Source: Bacteriovoracaceae bacterium (GTDB taxonomy: Bacteria; Bdellovibrionota; UBA1018). From it: a stretch of 64,000 bases of DNA. Of the stretch, positions 1 through 8,260 are shown one piece after another. The stretch is taken from positions 20,301 through 84,300 of the forward strand of contig CANFJX010000009.1 of the NCBI GenBank assembly GCA_947447665.1, read 5' to 3'. The translations under genes and the position numbers were made by a program. Under the pieces are notes generated by a model. It saw only the letters and a program-made list of their open reading frames with translations. It was not told the DNA's origin and did not search any database. How positions within the stretch are numbered: position 1 is the stretch's first letter; each line of letters begins with the position of its first letter.

Positions 1-841
1 GATCTTCGAAGAAAATGACAGGTTTTTTTTCAGTCCCTTCTGTTTCTATTATCCTGATTAGGTAAATAGCCTCGAATGCCGCAATCAGTTTTCTTAACGT
101 TGGGACCGAAACACGTGTCTGGCGAGAAAGGCTTGCAAACCCGAGCGGTTGGTTTTGGTGCTGAGCGAGAACACTAAGAACGTTTTTTAATGTTCTGAGA
201 CTTAAGCTCGTCTCTAGAATAAGGCGGAGATCTCGTTCGAGTATTGTATTCAACTGAGTTTCAAATTTCTGCCGACGGATGCCTCCATCTCGGACTGCAA
301 ATATGCCGGGCAGTCCTCCTTGGATCAAGTATTTCTGAAACTCCGACTCGTTGCAATAAGTGGAGCTCTTCAATTCAATCTCAACCGTCCGGGCTCTTGA
401 TAGCCGTATGACAGCGTCGTTGAGCGGCAGCTCATGTGCCTCTCTGAGATTCATGGGGAGAAGTTCCCAAGCGATCATTCTTCCCGTGAGAGACTCTCGA
501 ATCGCCTTCCGACTACTAAATCGAACGGATCCTGTTAGCAAAAATTGACCTGGGTCGGGATGAGTTCGCACCCACTCCTTCATGCTTGGAAAGAGTGGTG
601 GAGCCATCTGGCATTCATCAATCACTAAAGGACGAGACTGATTTTCATCTAAAAAAGCCTTCGGATCCTCCGTCGCAAACTCGAGAGCTTGAACGTCATC
701 CAGCGTAATGTATTTGCCCGCTAAACTGGAAGCTAATGTGGTCTTCCCTACTTGGCGATGTCCAAAAATACCTACGATCGGAGAAAATTTTTTTGATTTT
801 TCTAAAAGATGTTTGAGGTAACGATTTCTGGTATGTGGCAT
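1..841 (-). CDS. AAA+ ATPase, AAA_14/DUF4143-like family (N-terminal ~280 codons; the gene runs off the left edge)
   Basis: Absent from the ORF track because it is open at the window edge. My reverse translation from CAT at 839-841 gives MPHTRNRYLKHLLEKSKKFSPIVGIFGHRQVGKTTLASSL (Walker A GxxxxGKT) and later RPLVIDECQ (Walker B-like). I saw no stop codon down to nt 1. Confidence 0.6.
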   Translation of the reverse strand, partial: MPHTRNRYLKHLLEKSKKFSPIVGIFGHRQVGKTTLASSLAGKYITLDDVQALEFATEDPKAFLDENQSRPLVIDECQMAPPLFPSMKEWVRTHPDPGQFLLTGSVRFSSRKAIRESLTGRMIAWELLPMNLREAHELPLNDAVIRLSRARTVEIELKSSTYCNESEFQKYLIQGGLPGIFAVRDGGIRRQKFETQLNTILERDLRLILETSLSLRTLKNVLSVLAQHQNQPLGFASLSRQTRVSVPTLRKLIAAFEAIYLIRIIETEGTEKKPVIFFED

Positions 842-863
842 TAGGTTTGAGTTTAACAGCCTT

Positions 864-899
864 CTGTAAAAATGGAAATGGGGGTTTCCATTTTTACAG
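864..899. repeat. Perfect 15-bp inverted repeat (CTGTAAAAATGGAAA / TTTCCATTTTTACAG) with a 6-nt G-rich spacer, in a divergent promoter region
   Basis: Read directly from the sequence. It lies between the divergent start codons at 841 (-) and 970 (+), so it cannot terminate either flanking gene. It may be an operator or a structured element. Confidence 0.6.
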
Positions 900-969
900 G
901 AAAGATCTGGTCGAAGCTAATTCGTTCTAATGACTAGCCGCTGAGCCGGGAATCAGGTATGAAATAGCG

Positions 970-2280
970 ATGCAATCTAAAGCTGAAGCTGAAGTGGTTT
1001 GGCGCGTGCGCCGCGGGATGGATCGTCGATTTCGTTCGGGGCACCCATGGGTTTACTCCAACGAGTTGATGGAGAGCCCTAAGGGGGTAGAGCCCGGCGC
1101 GGTGGTGCAGCTTCAGGATGCTTCGGGGGGATTCCTAGCTCGGGGGTTTGGTAACTCTAACTCTTTGATTTCATTTAGGGCGCTCACGCGAGATCCTCAG
1201 GTTTTGGAACCCGTTTCGACTGAAAATCTCGTCGATGCGCTGGTCCGATCCCATGGGTTACGCGTACAGGCCGGCTTCGGTGGCGTGAGTCACCGCCTCT
1301 GCTACGGCGAATCGGATGGATTGCCGGGCTGGGTGATTGACCGATACTTTCTCCGTTCGGGTCAGGTTTTTGTTATTCAGGCTCATACGGCGGGTGCTGA
1401 TGGACTTCTGGTGCGCTGGGAAGAGATTCTGAAGGGGTTTCTGGCTCGCGTCAAAAATGCACCCCATTGGGATGGGGTAGCCGTCGTCTTAAGGAATGAT
1501 GTGGGGGTTAGAGTTCGAGAGGGATTGCAAGACGAAGAGCCTCGAGTGTTGAAGGCCATTTCTGGCTTAAACCTAAAGTCGGTTGAGATAGCCGTTCGAT
1601 CCGTTCAGGATGCTGATCCGCTCTGGTTTCGGGTGGATCTAGAGGGGGGCCAAAAGACTGGTTTTTTTCTCGATCAATTCTCCAACATTCAGATTGCTGC
1701 AAATGCTTTTAAATCGTTTGAATTTGCTGGCGGATCGTCCAACCGAGTGGTGAAAATTTTAGACCTTTGTTGCTACGTTGGTCAATGGAGCGCCCAGCTG
1801 GCGGCGGTATTTGCGGCGCAGGGCAGGAAGGTAGAAGTTGTTGCAGTCGACGCATCCGCTCGGGCTCTTGAGTTTGCGAAAGTCAACGTGGAGGCGCAAG
1901 GCGCCCAGTTTGAATCGCTCTGTGGCAATGTTCTGAAAGATTTAGTTTCGCTCCCGGATCAAGGTTTTGATCTGGTTATTTCAGATCCACCGGCGTTAAT
2001 TAAAGCTCGAAAAGATATTTCCGTCGGTACTCGAGCCTATCTGCAACTTGCGACTCAGGTCTTTAGACTGGTGCGCCGCGGAGGAGGCGTGGTGTGTTGC
2101 TCTTGCTCAGCACTTTTAGAGGAGGAGAGTTTCATTGAGGCTCAAGCTAAGGCAATACAGAGAAATTCAGTAAAAGTTCAGTGGATTGCGCGCGGCAGCC
2201 AATCCCCCGATCATCCGGTTTTGGCCGAATTCCCAGAAGGTCGCTACCTGAAGGGTTGGATGGGCGCAGTCGCTCCGTGA
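970..2280 (+). CDS. rlmI: 23S rRNA m5C methyltransferase, RlmI-like (PUA plus class I SAM methyltransferase)
   Basis: The N-terminus RRGMDRRFRSGHPWVYSNEL resembles the RlmI N-terminus (..RRHPWVF..). Also present: SAM-fold LDLCCYVGQWS, a DPPA motif (VISDPPAL), and catalytic-Cys region CCSCS. Confidence 0.7.
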   Translation: MQSKAEAEVVWRVRRGMDRRFRSGHPWVYSNELMESPKGVEPGAVVQLQDASGGFLARGFGNSNSLISFRALTRDPQVLEPVSTENLVDALVRSHGLRVQAGFGGVSHRLCYGESDGLPGWVIDRYFLRSGQVFVIQAHTAGADGLLVRWEEILKGFLARVKNAPHWDGVAVVLRNDVGVRVREGLQDEEPRVLKAISGLNLKSVEIAVRSVQDADPLWFRVDLEGGQKTGFFLDQFSNIQIAANAFKSFEFAGGSSNRVVKILDLCCYVGQWSAQLAAVFAAQGRKVEVVAVDASARALEFAKVNVEAQGAQFESLCGNVLKDLVSLPDQGFDLVISDPPALIKARKDISVGTRAYLQLATQVFRLVRRGGGVVCCSCSALLEEESFIEAQAKAIQRNSVKVQWIARGSQSPDHPVLAEFPEGRYLKGWMGAVAP

Positions 2281-2341
2281 GGGAGCGGAACGAAATTTGC
2301 TTCCAAGCCCTTCGGCGTTCAACTCAAACGAAGGGGAATTT

Positions 2342-3160
2342 ATGGAATTTCAAAAGCGGGTTTCATTAGGTTTGTTTTTTTGTCTGACGGTGGCCAATTC
2401 GATTGAAAGCTCCAGAGCTGACGAGGTCTCTCACGTTCTTTCGCGCCAGACCGTGACTGGCAAAGTCAGCTATGAACCTCGATACACCCGAGTCATGGAC
2501 CAAGTTTGCGAGGGGTCGCCTTGCAAAAAGTCCCAAATGTATTGGAGCTTAGTGATCCAGTCCGGGGGTGCCCAGTACCTTCTTGATGAAAAGCTCAACT
2601 TGGGTAAGACTCGTGCACCCAGCGTGATGGAGCTGGGCGGGGTTCAGGTGAGCCCTGGTTCTGTCGTTCAGCTAGACGGAGATGTGGTGGACTATGGAGT
2701 CAGGCTCTATTCGATTCAGAAAGTGCATCGAGTTGAACTCCTCACGGATCTAGGGTGGGCTTGTTACAATTTGGGTGGAGGGAGTTCGAATATTTACGCC
2801 CGAGTTTGGCATGATCCCCTTTCTGGGCCTCAAGTCGAGGGCAAAGAAAACTATAAAATGAGAGTTCAAGAAGTGATCAATCGGACCGTCCGGCCAATTG
2901 CTTTTATTGAGCAAGCTAATCTGGCTGTTCGCTCTAATCAATGGGTGTTCAAGGGACAAAGTGCCTTGCCACAGTCGGTTGAGGTTGAGCTTGAAATCAG
3001 TGAGTCTAGTCCGAATGCTTTGACAGCACCGGCTCAGCTTAAGATGAAAAGGAAGCGCCTGGAGGCTCTCGTTGACGCCCCAGCGGAGACGATCGAGTCA
3101 TCTTCGATTGAGATGAGTTGTAGTCGGACTCGGACTGATCTGTCGCTGGATATGGAGTAA
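2342..3160 (+). CDS. Secreted hypothetical protein
   Basis: I trimmed the ORF to the ATG at 2342, which has an AAGGGGA RBS. MEFQKRVSLGLFFCLTVANSIESSRA looks like a Sec signal peptide. I recognise no family. Confidence 0.55.
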   Translation: MEFQKRVSLGLFFCLTVANSIESSRADEVSHVLSRQTVTGKVSYEPRYTRVMDQVCEGSPCKKSQMYWSLVIQSGGAQYLLDEKLNLGKTRAPSVMELGGVQVSPGSVVQLDGDVVDYGVRLYSIQKVHRVELLTDLGWACYNLGGGSSNIYARVWHDPLSGPQVEGKENYKMRVQEVINRTVRPIAFIEQANLAVRSNQWVFKGQSALPQSVEVELEISESSPNALTAPAQLKMKRKRLEALVDAPAETIESSSIEMSCSRTRTDLSLDME

Positions 3161-3188
3161 AACCAAAGAGTCCTCGAGTGCTGAAGAT

Positions 3189-3232
3189 CGTTTTCGGGGT
3201 ATTCTATGGAAGGGTTCCATGCCTCGAAAACG
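3189..3232 (+). terminator. Compound hairpin downstream of the 2342-3160 CDS (possible terminator)
   Basis: CGTTTTCGGGG (3189-3199) pairs with CCTCGAAAACG (3222-3232), with one G-U pair. The inner stem is ATGGAA-GGG-TTCCAT (3206-3220). It is followed by TCTTCTT, which is not a clean U-run. Confidence 0.4.
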
Positions 3233-3339
3233 TCTTCTTGAGGGCTTTAATACCTTATCAATCTTCTCTGGATAATAATGTCCTATCGTGGTAGGCTCGC
3301 TCAGCTTTTCTCTAAAATCCTTTAAATTGTGAGTTCACC

Positions 3340-4488
3340 ATGAGTTCAGAAGTTTATCAGTTTTTTGCCACCACAGCCCTCGGAATGGAGCTTCCTTTAG
3401 TACAGGAACTTGAGGCCATTGGCGCCCTTTCGTTGCGATCCGTGCGCGCTGGGGTTTACTTTCAAGGTAAGCTCGAGATCGGACTTCGGGCCTGTCTCTG
3501 GTCGCGAATCGCGAATCGCATTCTTCTTCCTTTGAAAACTTTTCGGGCGGAAAATCCAGACCAGCTCTACGGGGGGGTCCGCACCATTCATTGGACTGAT
3601 CATTTAACGACCGAGGATACTCTGGCTGTCGATTTTTCGACTTCCCAATCGCAAATCACTCATTCTCATTTTGGTGCTTTGAAGGTGAAGGATGCGATTG
3701 TCGATCAATTTAGAACGTTGCAGGGCTCCCGACCCTCCGTCGATCCGGGCAGGCCGAGCGTGCGAATTAATGTTTATCTGTTTCAGGACGAAGCCACGGT
3801 GAGTATCGATCTCTCGGGAGAAAGTCTGCATCGCCGAGGGTATCGGCAAGAAGGTGTCGCCGCGCCTCTCAAAGAGAATTTGGCGGCTGCGCTTCTTAAG
3901 ACGGCAGGCTGGCCTAAAGATCCGTCCTGGGCGTTCTTGGATCCGATGTGTGGTTCGGGAACCCTTCCGATTGAGGCGGCCTGGATGGCTTCCAATCGGG
4001 CTCCGGGGCTGACTCGGGATTATTTTGGATTTTTGGGCTGGCAAGGCCATGTGCCGACGCTCTGGAAGCGTCTTCTTGAGGAGGCCCGGGATTTGGAGAT
4101 TCGTGACCGAAAAAAGCTTCCTGCCATCGTCGGATATGATCAAGATTTCCGAGTAGTCCGAGTAGCCTTAGAAAACGTTGAGAGAGCGGGATTGCGGGGG
4201 AAAGTTCATATTGAAAAGCGCGAGCTGAGCTCTTGTGAGCGAATTGCTGAGGCAGGTCTGTTTTTGGTGAATCCTCCTTATGGAGAGCGACTGGGAGAGG
4301 TCGAGACTCTGAAGCCCCTGTATAAAACTATGGGTGATATCCTTAAACAGCGATTTAAAGGATGGGAGGGCTTTATTTTTACGGGGAGTTCGGATCTCGC
4401 CAAGGTCGTGGGTCTTAAGGCAGCTCGGCGTCATGTCCTGTTTAATGGGCCCATCGAGTGCCGCCTTTTGCACTACCAACTTTATTAA
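3340..4488 (+). CDS. rlmL: THUMP-domain class I SAM-dependent RNA methyltransferase (RlmL-like, m2G type)
   Basis: 382 aa. SAM motif I is DPMCGSGTLPIEAA. Motif IV is LVNPPYGERLG (NPPY). The N-terminal half has THUMP-like length. The ortholog assignment is tentative. Confidence 0.6.
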   Translation: MSSEVYQFFATTALGMELPLVQELEAIGALSLRSVRAGVYFQGKLEIGLRACLWSRIANRILLPLKTFRAENPDQLYGGVRTIHWTDHLTTEDTLAVDFSTSQSQITHSHFGALKVKDAIVDQFRTLQGSRPSVDPGRPSVRINVYLFQDEATVSIDLSGESLHRRGYRQEGVAAPLKENLAAALLKTAGWPKDPSWAFLDPMCGSGTLPIEAAWMASNRAPGLTRDYFGFLGWQGHVPTLWKRLLEEARDLEIRDRKKLPAIVGYDQDFRVVRVALENVERAGLRGKVHIEKRELSSCERIAEAGLFLVNPPYGERLGEVETLKPLYKTMGDILKQRFKGWEGFIFTGSSDLAKVVGLKAARRHVLFNGPIECRLLHYQLY

Positions 4489-4530
4489 TCCAGCTTTGTT
4501 CCTCGGTTAAAATCTGGTAAATCAATTTCT

Positions 4531-5103
4531 ATGGAACACAATACGAGCTGGGTTGGAGAGTCTGCCATTGACCGTGAGTCGGAGATCCGTTTGACGCAAA
4601 TGGCAGAAAAGGACGATGTCATCTCGAATCGGGTGGAGGGGGTGAAGTTCATCCTCATTGTGCTTTCCTCCCGTGGGATGGTTTACGATATCGAGTCGCT
4701 GAGGCAAAAAGTCCTCTTGTCTTACCCGGATTCAGTCGTATTTTTTCAAACGACTGATGGCAAGCCGGTGGGTGCTGTGGCGCCGAAAATGGTGGATCTC
4801 CTGATTGATTTTACAGGTCCCCGTCAGAGGCAAGGCATGTTTCACGCTTTTTCTCTCAGGAGAAGAGCTCGGTTTGTCGTGGGAAGAAATGCCGGGATGT
4901 TTCGAAAAAAAATCTACCATCGCATTTACGATGAGATGTCTGACGGCGGCAATATCCCCGAGGAAATTCTTAAAAAAGAACGATTCGTCCAAAAGCAGGT
5001 ACTCAATCTAGCGGGTATCGCCTTTGTTCAGGCGGGCGATGTTCCACCTGATTTGGGAAAAGAGATTGCCCTCGATCTCCCAGGGATGAAGGGTCTCGTT
5101 TAG
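4531..5103 (+). CDS. Hypothetical protein
   Basis: 190-aa ORF that fills the gap between rlmL and ccsB on the same strand. It has no clear motif. The start is uncertain, with an alternative Met at 4603. Confidence 0.4.
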   Translation: MEHNTSWVGESAIDRESEIRLTQMAEKDDVISNRVEGVKFILIVLSSRGMVYDIESLRQKVLLSYPDSVVFFQTTDGKPVGAVAPKMVDLLIDFTGPRQRQGMFHAFSLRRRARFVVGRNAGMFRKKIYHRIYDEMSDGGNIPEEILKKERFVQKQVLNLAGIAFVQAGDVPPDLGKEIALDLPGMKGLV

Positions 5104-5125
5104 TTTTACTTTTAAGGTTTTTGAG

Positions 5126-6541
5126 ATGAATAAAGTCGAAGTACCCAGCTCACCCTTTTGGAAACTTGCAGAAAAAGTTTTTGACGTCCTTTGTTCGCTC
5201 AAATTAGCTGTTTTGGTCATCCTTACACTGGCCATTGCCTTGGGGACGGCGACGTTTTTGGAGTCCCTCTACGATACTCCCACCGCGCAGTACTGGGTCT
5301 ACCGGGCACGCTGGTTTGAAGTGAATTTGGCATTGTTGGGCGTGAATATTTTTTGTGTGGCCGTGAGTCGGGTTCCTTGGAGGCTTCGGCATACTCCCTT
5401 TTTATTGGCACACCTTGGGATTATTCTGCTGCTCGTGGGCTCCTGGGTCACTCAGCGAAAAGGAATTGATGGCAATCTGAGAGTGACTGAAGGGGATGCT
5501 GAAAGTGTGGTCGAGCTCGATCAGGCCTCCCTCGTCGAGGTCGATCAGGAGCGAGTCTACTCGATGCCTGTCCCCTGGATTCCGCCGGGAGTAAAATTCA
5601 ATCCGATTACTACCTCCTCACATTATTTTCCGATGCCGTTGACGATCGATCAGTGGGTCTCTCACGCCGATCCGGAAGTGTCCTTTATCCCTCGCTCAGA
5701 TGCAGAGCCTGCGCAAAAGACTAGGGCTCTGAGACTTCGCGTCACGGGTGGCCCGATGAAGATTTCTCAGGAAATTTGGCTTTGGGAAGGTGCGCCGCAA
5801 TGGCAGGACGTCCAAGCAGGACCGGCGCGATTTTTTATCTACCGGAAAAAAATTCCAAACGAAGGTCGACCTGGCCCCTGGTTTGGGATCGAGTCCAAAG
5901 ACGGAGGTTTGGCCTACACAGCCAAGTCCTCTGATGGCAAATGGCTTCGTGGATTTCTGAGCGAACGTGACGGAATTTTGGGAAAAGTGATCCATCCGGG
6001 ATGGAAAGGGGACGTGACCCTGACGGTGGAGAAATGGATTTCTGACGCTAAAATTCAAGTCGACTATCGACCTTCACGGATTCAATACGGGGCTCAGGCT
6101 CCGAGTTCAGCGATTCATGTGGTGGGAACTCAAGGCGAATCCGTATGGCTGGGACTCGGGGAGCGAGCGGTTCTCCACTCAGGCGACAAGGACATTAGTC
6201 TAGGATATTTTCCAAGACGCGTGGTTCTGCCTTTTGCAGTTCGTCTCGATCGATTTGAGGTGGAGCATGACCCAGGCACCTCGCGAGCCGCCGCCTATTC
6301 ATCTCAGGTAACGGTGGTAGGAAGAAATGTGGATCAGAAGGCGACGATTAGTATGAACGAGCCTTTAAAGATGAATGGTTATTCGATCTATCAAGCGAGC
6401 TACGAAGATGGAGAGCCTCGGCCGATCACCTCGATCTTTTCAGTCAATCAGGATCCTGGTCGATTTTTGAAATATTCTGGCTCGCTTCTCATTGTTTTGG
6501 GATCGGTTCTCTTGTTTGCTACGAGGTATAAGAAAAAATGA
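5126..6541 (+). CDS. ccsB: Cytochrome c biogenesis protein CcsB/ResB (system II)
   Basis: N-terminal TM segment LKLAVLVILTLAIALGTATFLES is typical of ResB, with a C-terminal TM segment. Its stop overlaps the ccsA start (ATGA at 6538-6541). Confidence 0.7.
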   Translation: MNKVEVPSSPFWKLAEKVFDVLCSLKLAVLVILTLAIALGTATFLESLYDTPTAQYWVYRARWFEVNLALLGVNIFCVAVSRVPWRLRHTPFLLAHLGIILLLVGSWVTQRKGIDGNLRVTEGDAESVVELDQASLVEVDQERVYSMPVPWIPPGVKFNPITTSSHYFPMPLTIDQWVSHADPEVSFIPRSDAEPAQKTRALRLRVTGGPMKISQEIWLWEGAPQWQDVQAGPARFFIYRKKIPNEGRPGPWFGIESKDGGLAYTAKSSDGKWLRGFLSERDGILGKVIHPGWKGDVTLTVEKWISDAKIQVDYRPSRIQYGAQAPSSAIHVVGTQGESVWLGLGERAVLHSGDKDISLGYFPRRVVLPFAVRLDRFEVEHDPGTSRAAAYSSQVTVVGRNVDQKATISMNEPLKMNGYSIYQASYEDGEPRPITSIFSVNQDPGRFLKYSGSLLIVLGSVLLFATRYKKK

Positions 6542-8208
6542 GGTTTGTCCCCATGCGTACGATTCGTTTGCTATTGTTTGTCCTCTGTCTTTTTCCTTGG
6601 TTCGCTCAAGGAGCTGATCCAATTCCCCATTCGAACTGGTCTTTTCGACAGGTGGGATTGACTCCGACTTTGAGTGGCGGAAGGCTCAAGCCCTTTGACT
6701 CCTTTGCTCGCGAGACGGTCTTGTTTGAGACTGGTTCTAGAAAATTTGAAAAATGGGATCCCGTGGATTTGATTTTTTCCTGGATCGCGTTTCCTACCTA
6801 TTGGGAGTCGCGGCCCTGGATTAGGATTTCAAGAGACGATGTGCGAAGACAACTGGGGCTAGACGAGGTGAGAACGGTTTATTCGCCTGAAGAGCTGCTT
6901 AAGAATTCAAGTTTAGTGCAGTACGCCGACCAAATCGAACGTAAGGACCCAGGTTCCCTTCCTCCCGGCGCGAGTAAAAATAATCCGAGAGAGCAGGAAC
7001 TTAAGGGAGTGCTCGAAAAAATTAGTCTATTTCACGGCCTGATTACTGGGCAAAGCTGGCTTCTCATTCCGAAGGCTCTGCCCGAGGGTTGGGGGAGCTT
7101 ACTAGAGCATAATCCCCAGGCTCTACCGATTCAAAAGCATTTTATTCAGCTCTTGAAAGCCTACCAGACGGGAGATCAAGGCGAGTTTGAATCCGTCTCA
7201 CAGCTACTTCGGCATCAGGTCGAGGGCGCAGTGCCCGGATTTGATGCTCACACCCGTCACGTTTTGGAGGCTGAGAATCTTTACCACCGAATGCGGCCGT
7301 TTCTGATGGCTTGGGTTTTTTACCTCGTTTCCGCAGTGGCTTGGGGCTTGAGTGCGGTACTTAAGAATAAGAGGGCATTAAAGGCAACCGTCAGGTTTGC
7401 CTACGCTACGTCGGCTCTTGCAGTGCTGAGTCACATCGTAGGGTTTGCTTTGAGATGTTTCATCGCAGGTCGTCCTCCCGTAACTAATATGTATGAGTCT
7501 GTTGTTTGGGTGAGTCTCGGAGTCGTCGTTTTTGCGTGGATCTTGTACGGACTCCAGCGACAAACGATCTTGCTTTGCGTGGCGCATTTCTTGGCCTGCT
7601 TTGGTTTGGTGGCGGGGGACGCGGCTCCGGCAATTTTGGATCCATCGATCAATCCCCTAGTCCCAGTTTTGCGAAGCAACTACTGGCTCACCGTTCATGT
7701 GCTCACGATTACCTTGGGTTACGCAGCTTTTGCTCTTACCTTTGGACTCGCTAATGTTGCACTTTTTCAAATTGCGAGGCGCGCAGCTAAACAGAAAATC
7801 CTGGCGGTCAATCAGCTCACTTACCGTGCCATGCAGTTTGGTGTTGTGTTCATTGCTGCTGGCACGATTCTGGGCGGAATTTGGGCTGATTATTCCTGGG
7901 GTCGATTCTGGGGCTGGGACCCAAAAGAGGTTTGGGCGCTCATCACCTTACTTTGTTATCTCGTGATCCTTCATGGTCGATACACTAGCTGGATGGGCCA
8001 ATTTGGATTTGCTGTCGGATCTGCCGTGAGTTTTATGTCTGTAGTCATGGCCTGGTACGGCGTGAACTTTATCTTAGGTGTCGGGCTTCACTCCTATGGT
8101 TTTTCGACCGGCGGCACCCCTTGGGTTCTCGGATTTGTCGCTATTGAACTGGCCTATGTCGCAGCGACGGCCCTCGTGCATTACCGGCGAACTCCAGCAC
8201 GGGGTTGA
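6538..8208 (+). CDS. ccsA: Cytochrome c-type biogenesis protein CcsA/ResC (system II haem handling)
   Basis: Polytopic membrane protein with the Trp-rich WWD motif GGIWADYSWGRFWGWDPKEVWAL. It is translationally coupled to ccsB. Confidence 0.8.
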   Translation: MRFVPMRTIRLLLFVLCLFPWFAQGADPIPHSNWSFRQVGLTPTLSGGRLKPFDSFARETVLFETGSRKFEKWDPVDLIFSWIAFPTYWESRPWIRISRDDVRRQLGLDEVRTVYSPEELLKNSSLVQYADQIERKDPGSLPPGASKNNPREQELKGVLEKISLFHGLITGQSWLLIPKALPEGWGSLLEHNPQALPIQKHFIQLLKAYQTGDQGEFESVSQLLRHQVEGAVPGFDAHTRHVLEAENLYHRMRPFLMAWVFYLVSAVAWGLSAVLKNKRALKATVRFAYATSALAVLSHIVGFALRCFIAGRPPVTNMYESVVWVSLGVVVFAWILYGLQRQTILLCVAHFLACFGLVAGDAAPAILDPSINPLVPVLRSNYWLTVHVLTITLGYAAFALTFGLANVALFQIARRAAKQKILAVNQLTYRAMQFGVVFIAAGTILGGIWADYSWGRFWGWDPKEVWALITLLCYLVILHGRYTSWMGQFGFAVGSAVSFMSVVMAWYGVNFILGVGLHSYGFSTGGTPWVLGFVAIELAYVAATALVHYRRTPARG

Positions 8209-8260
8209 CTTCGAACAGAGACTTAGTTATCCACTCATCCTTTGAAAGGGAAGGTGTGTT

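Noticed and set aside
4531-5103. Possible N-terminal-half-only glycosyltransferase family 9 (heptosyltransferase-like) fragment
   Set aside because: The only support is a loose by-eye resemblance (VDLLIDFTGPRQRQG..RRARFVVGRN versus the GT9 YDLVIDLQG..RRIGF pattern). There is no catalytic half and no way to verify it here. I left it as hypothetical.
8227-8235. DnaA-box-like TTATCCACT
   Set aside because: It is a single 8/9 match in a 52-nt spacer. There is no cluster, no AT-rich unwinding element and no dnaA or dnaN nearby.
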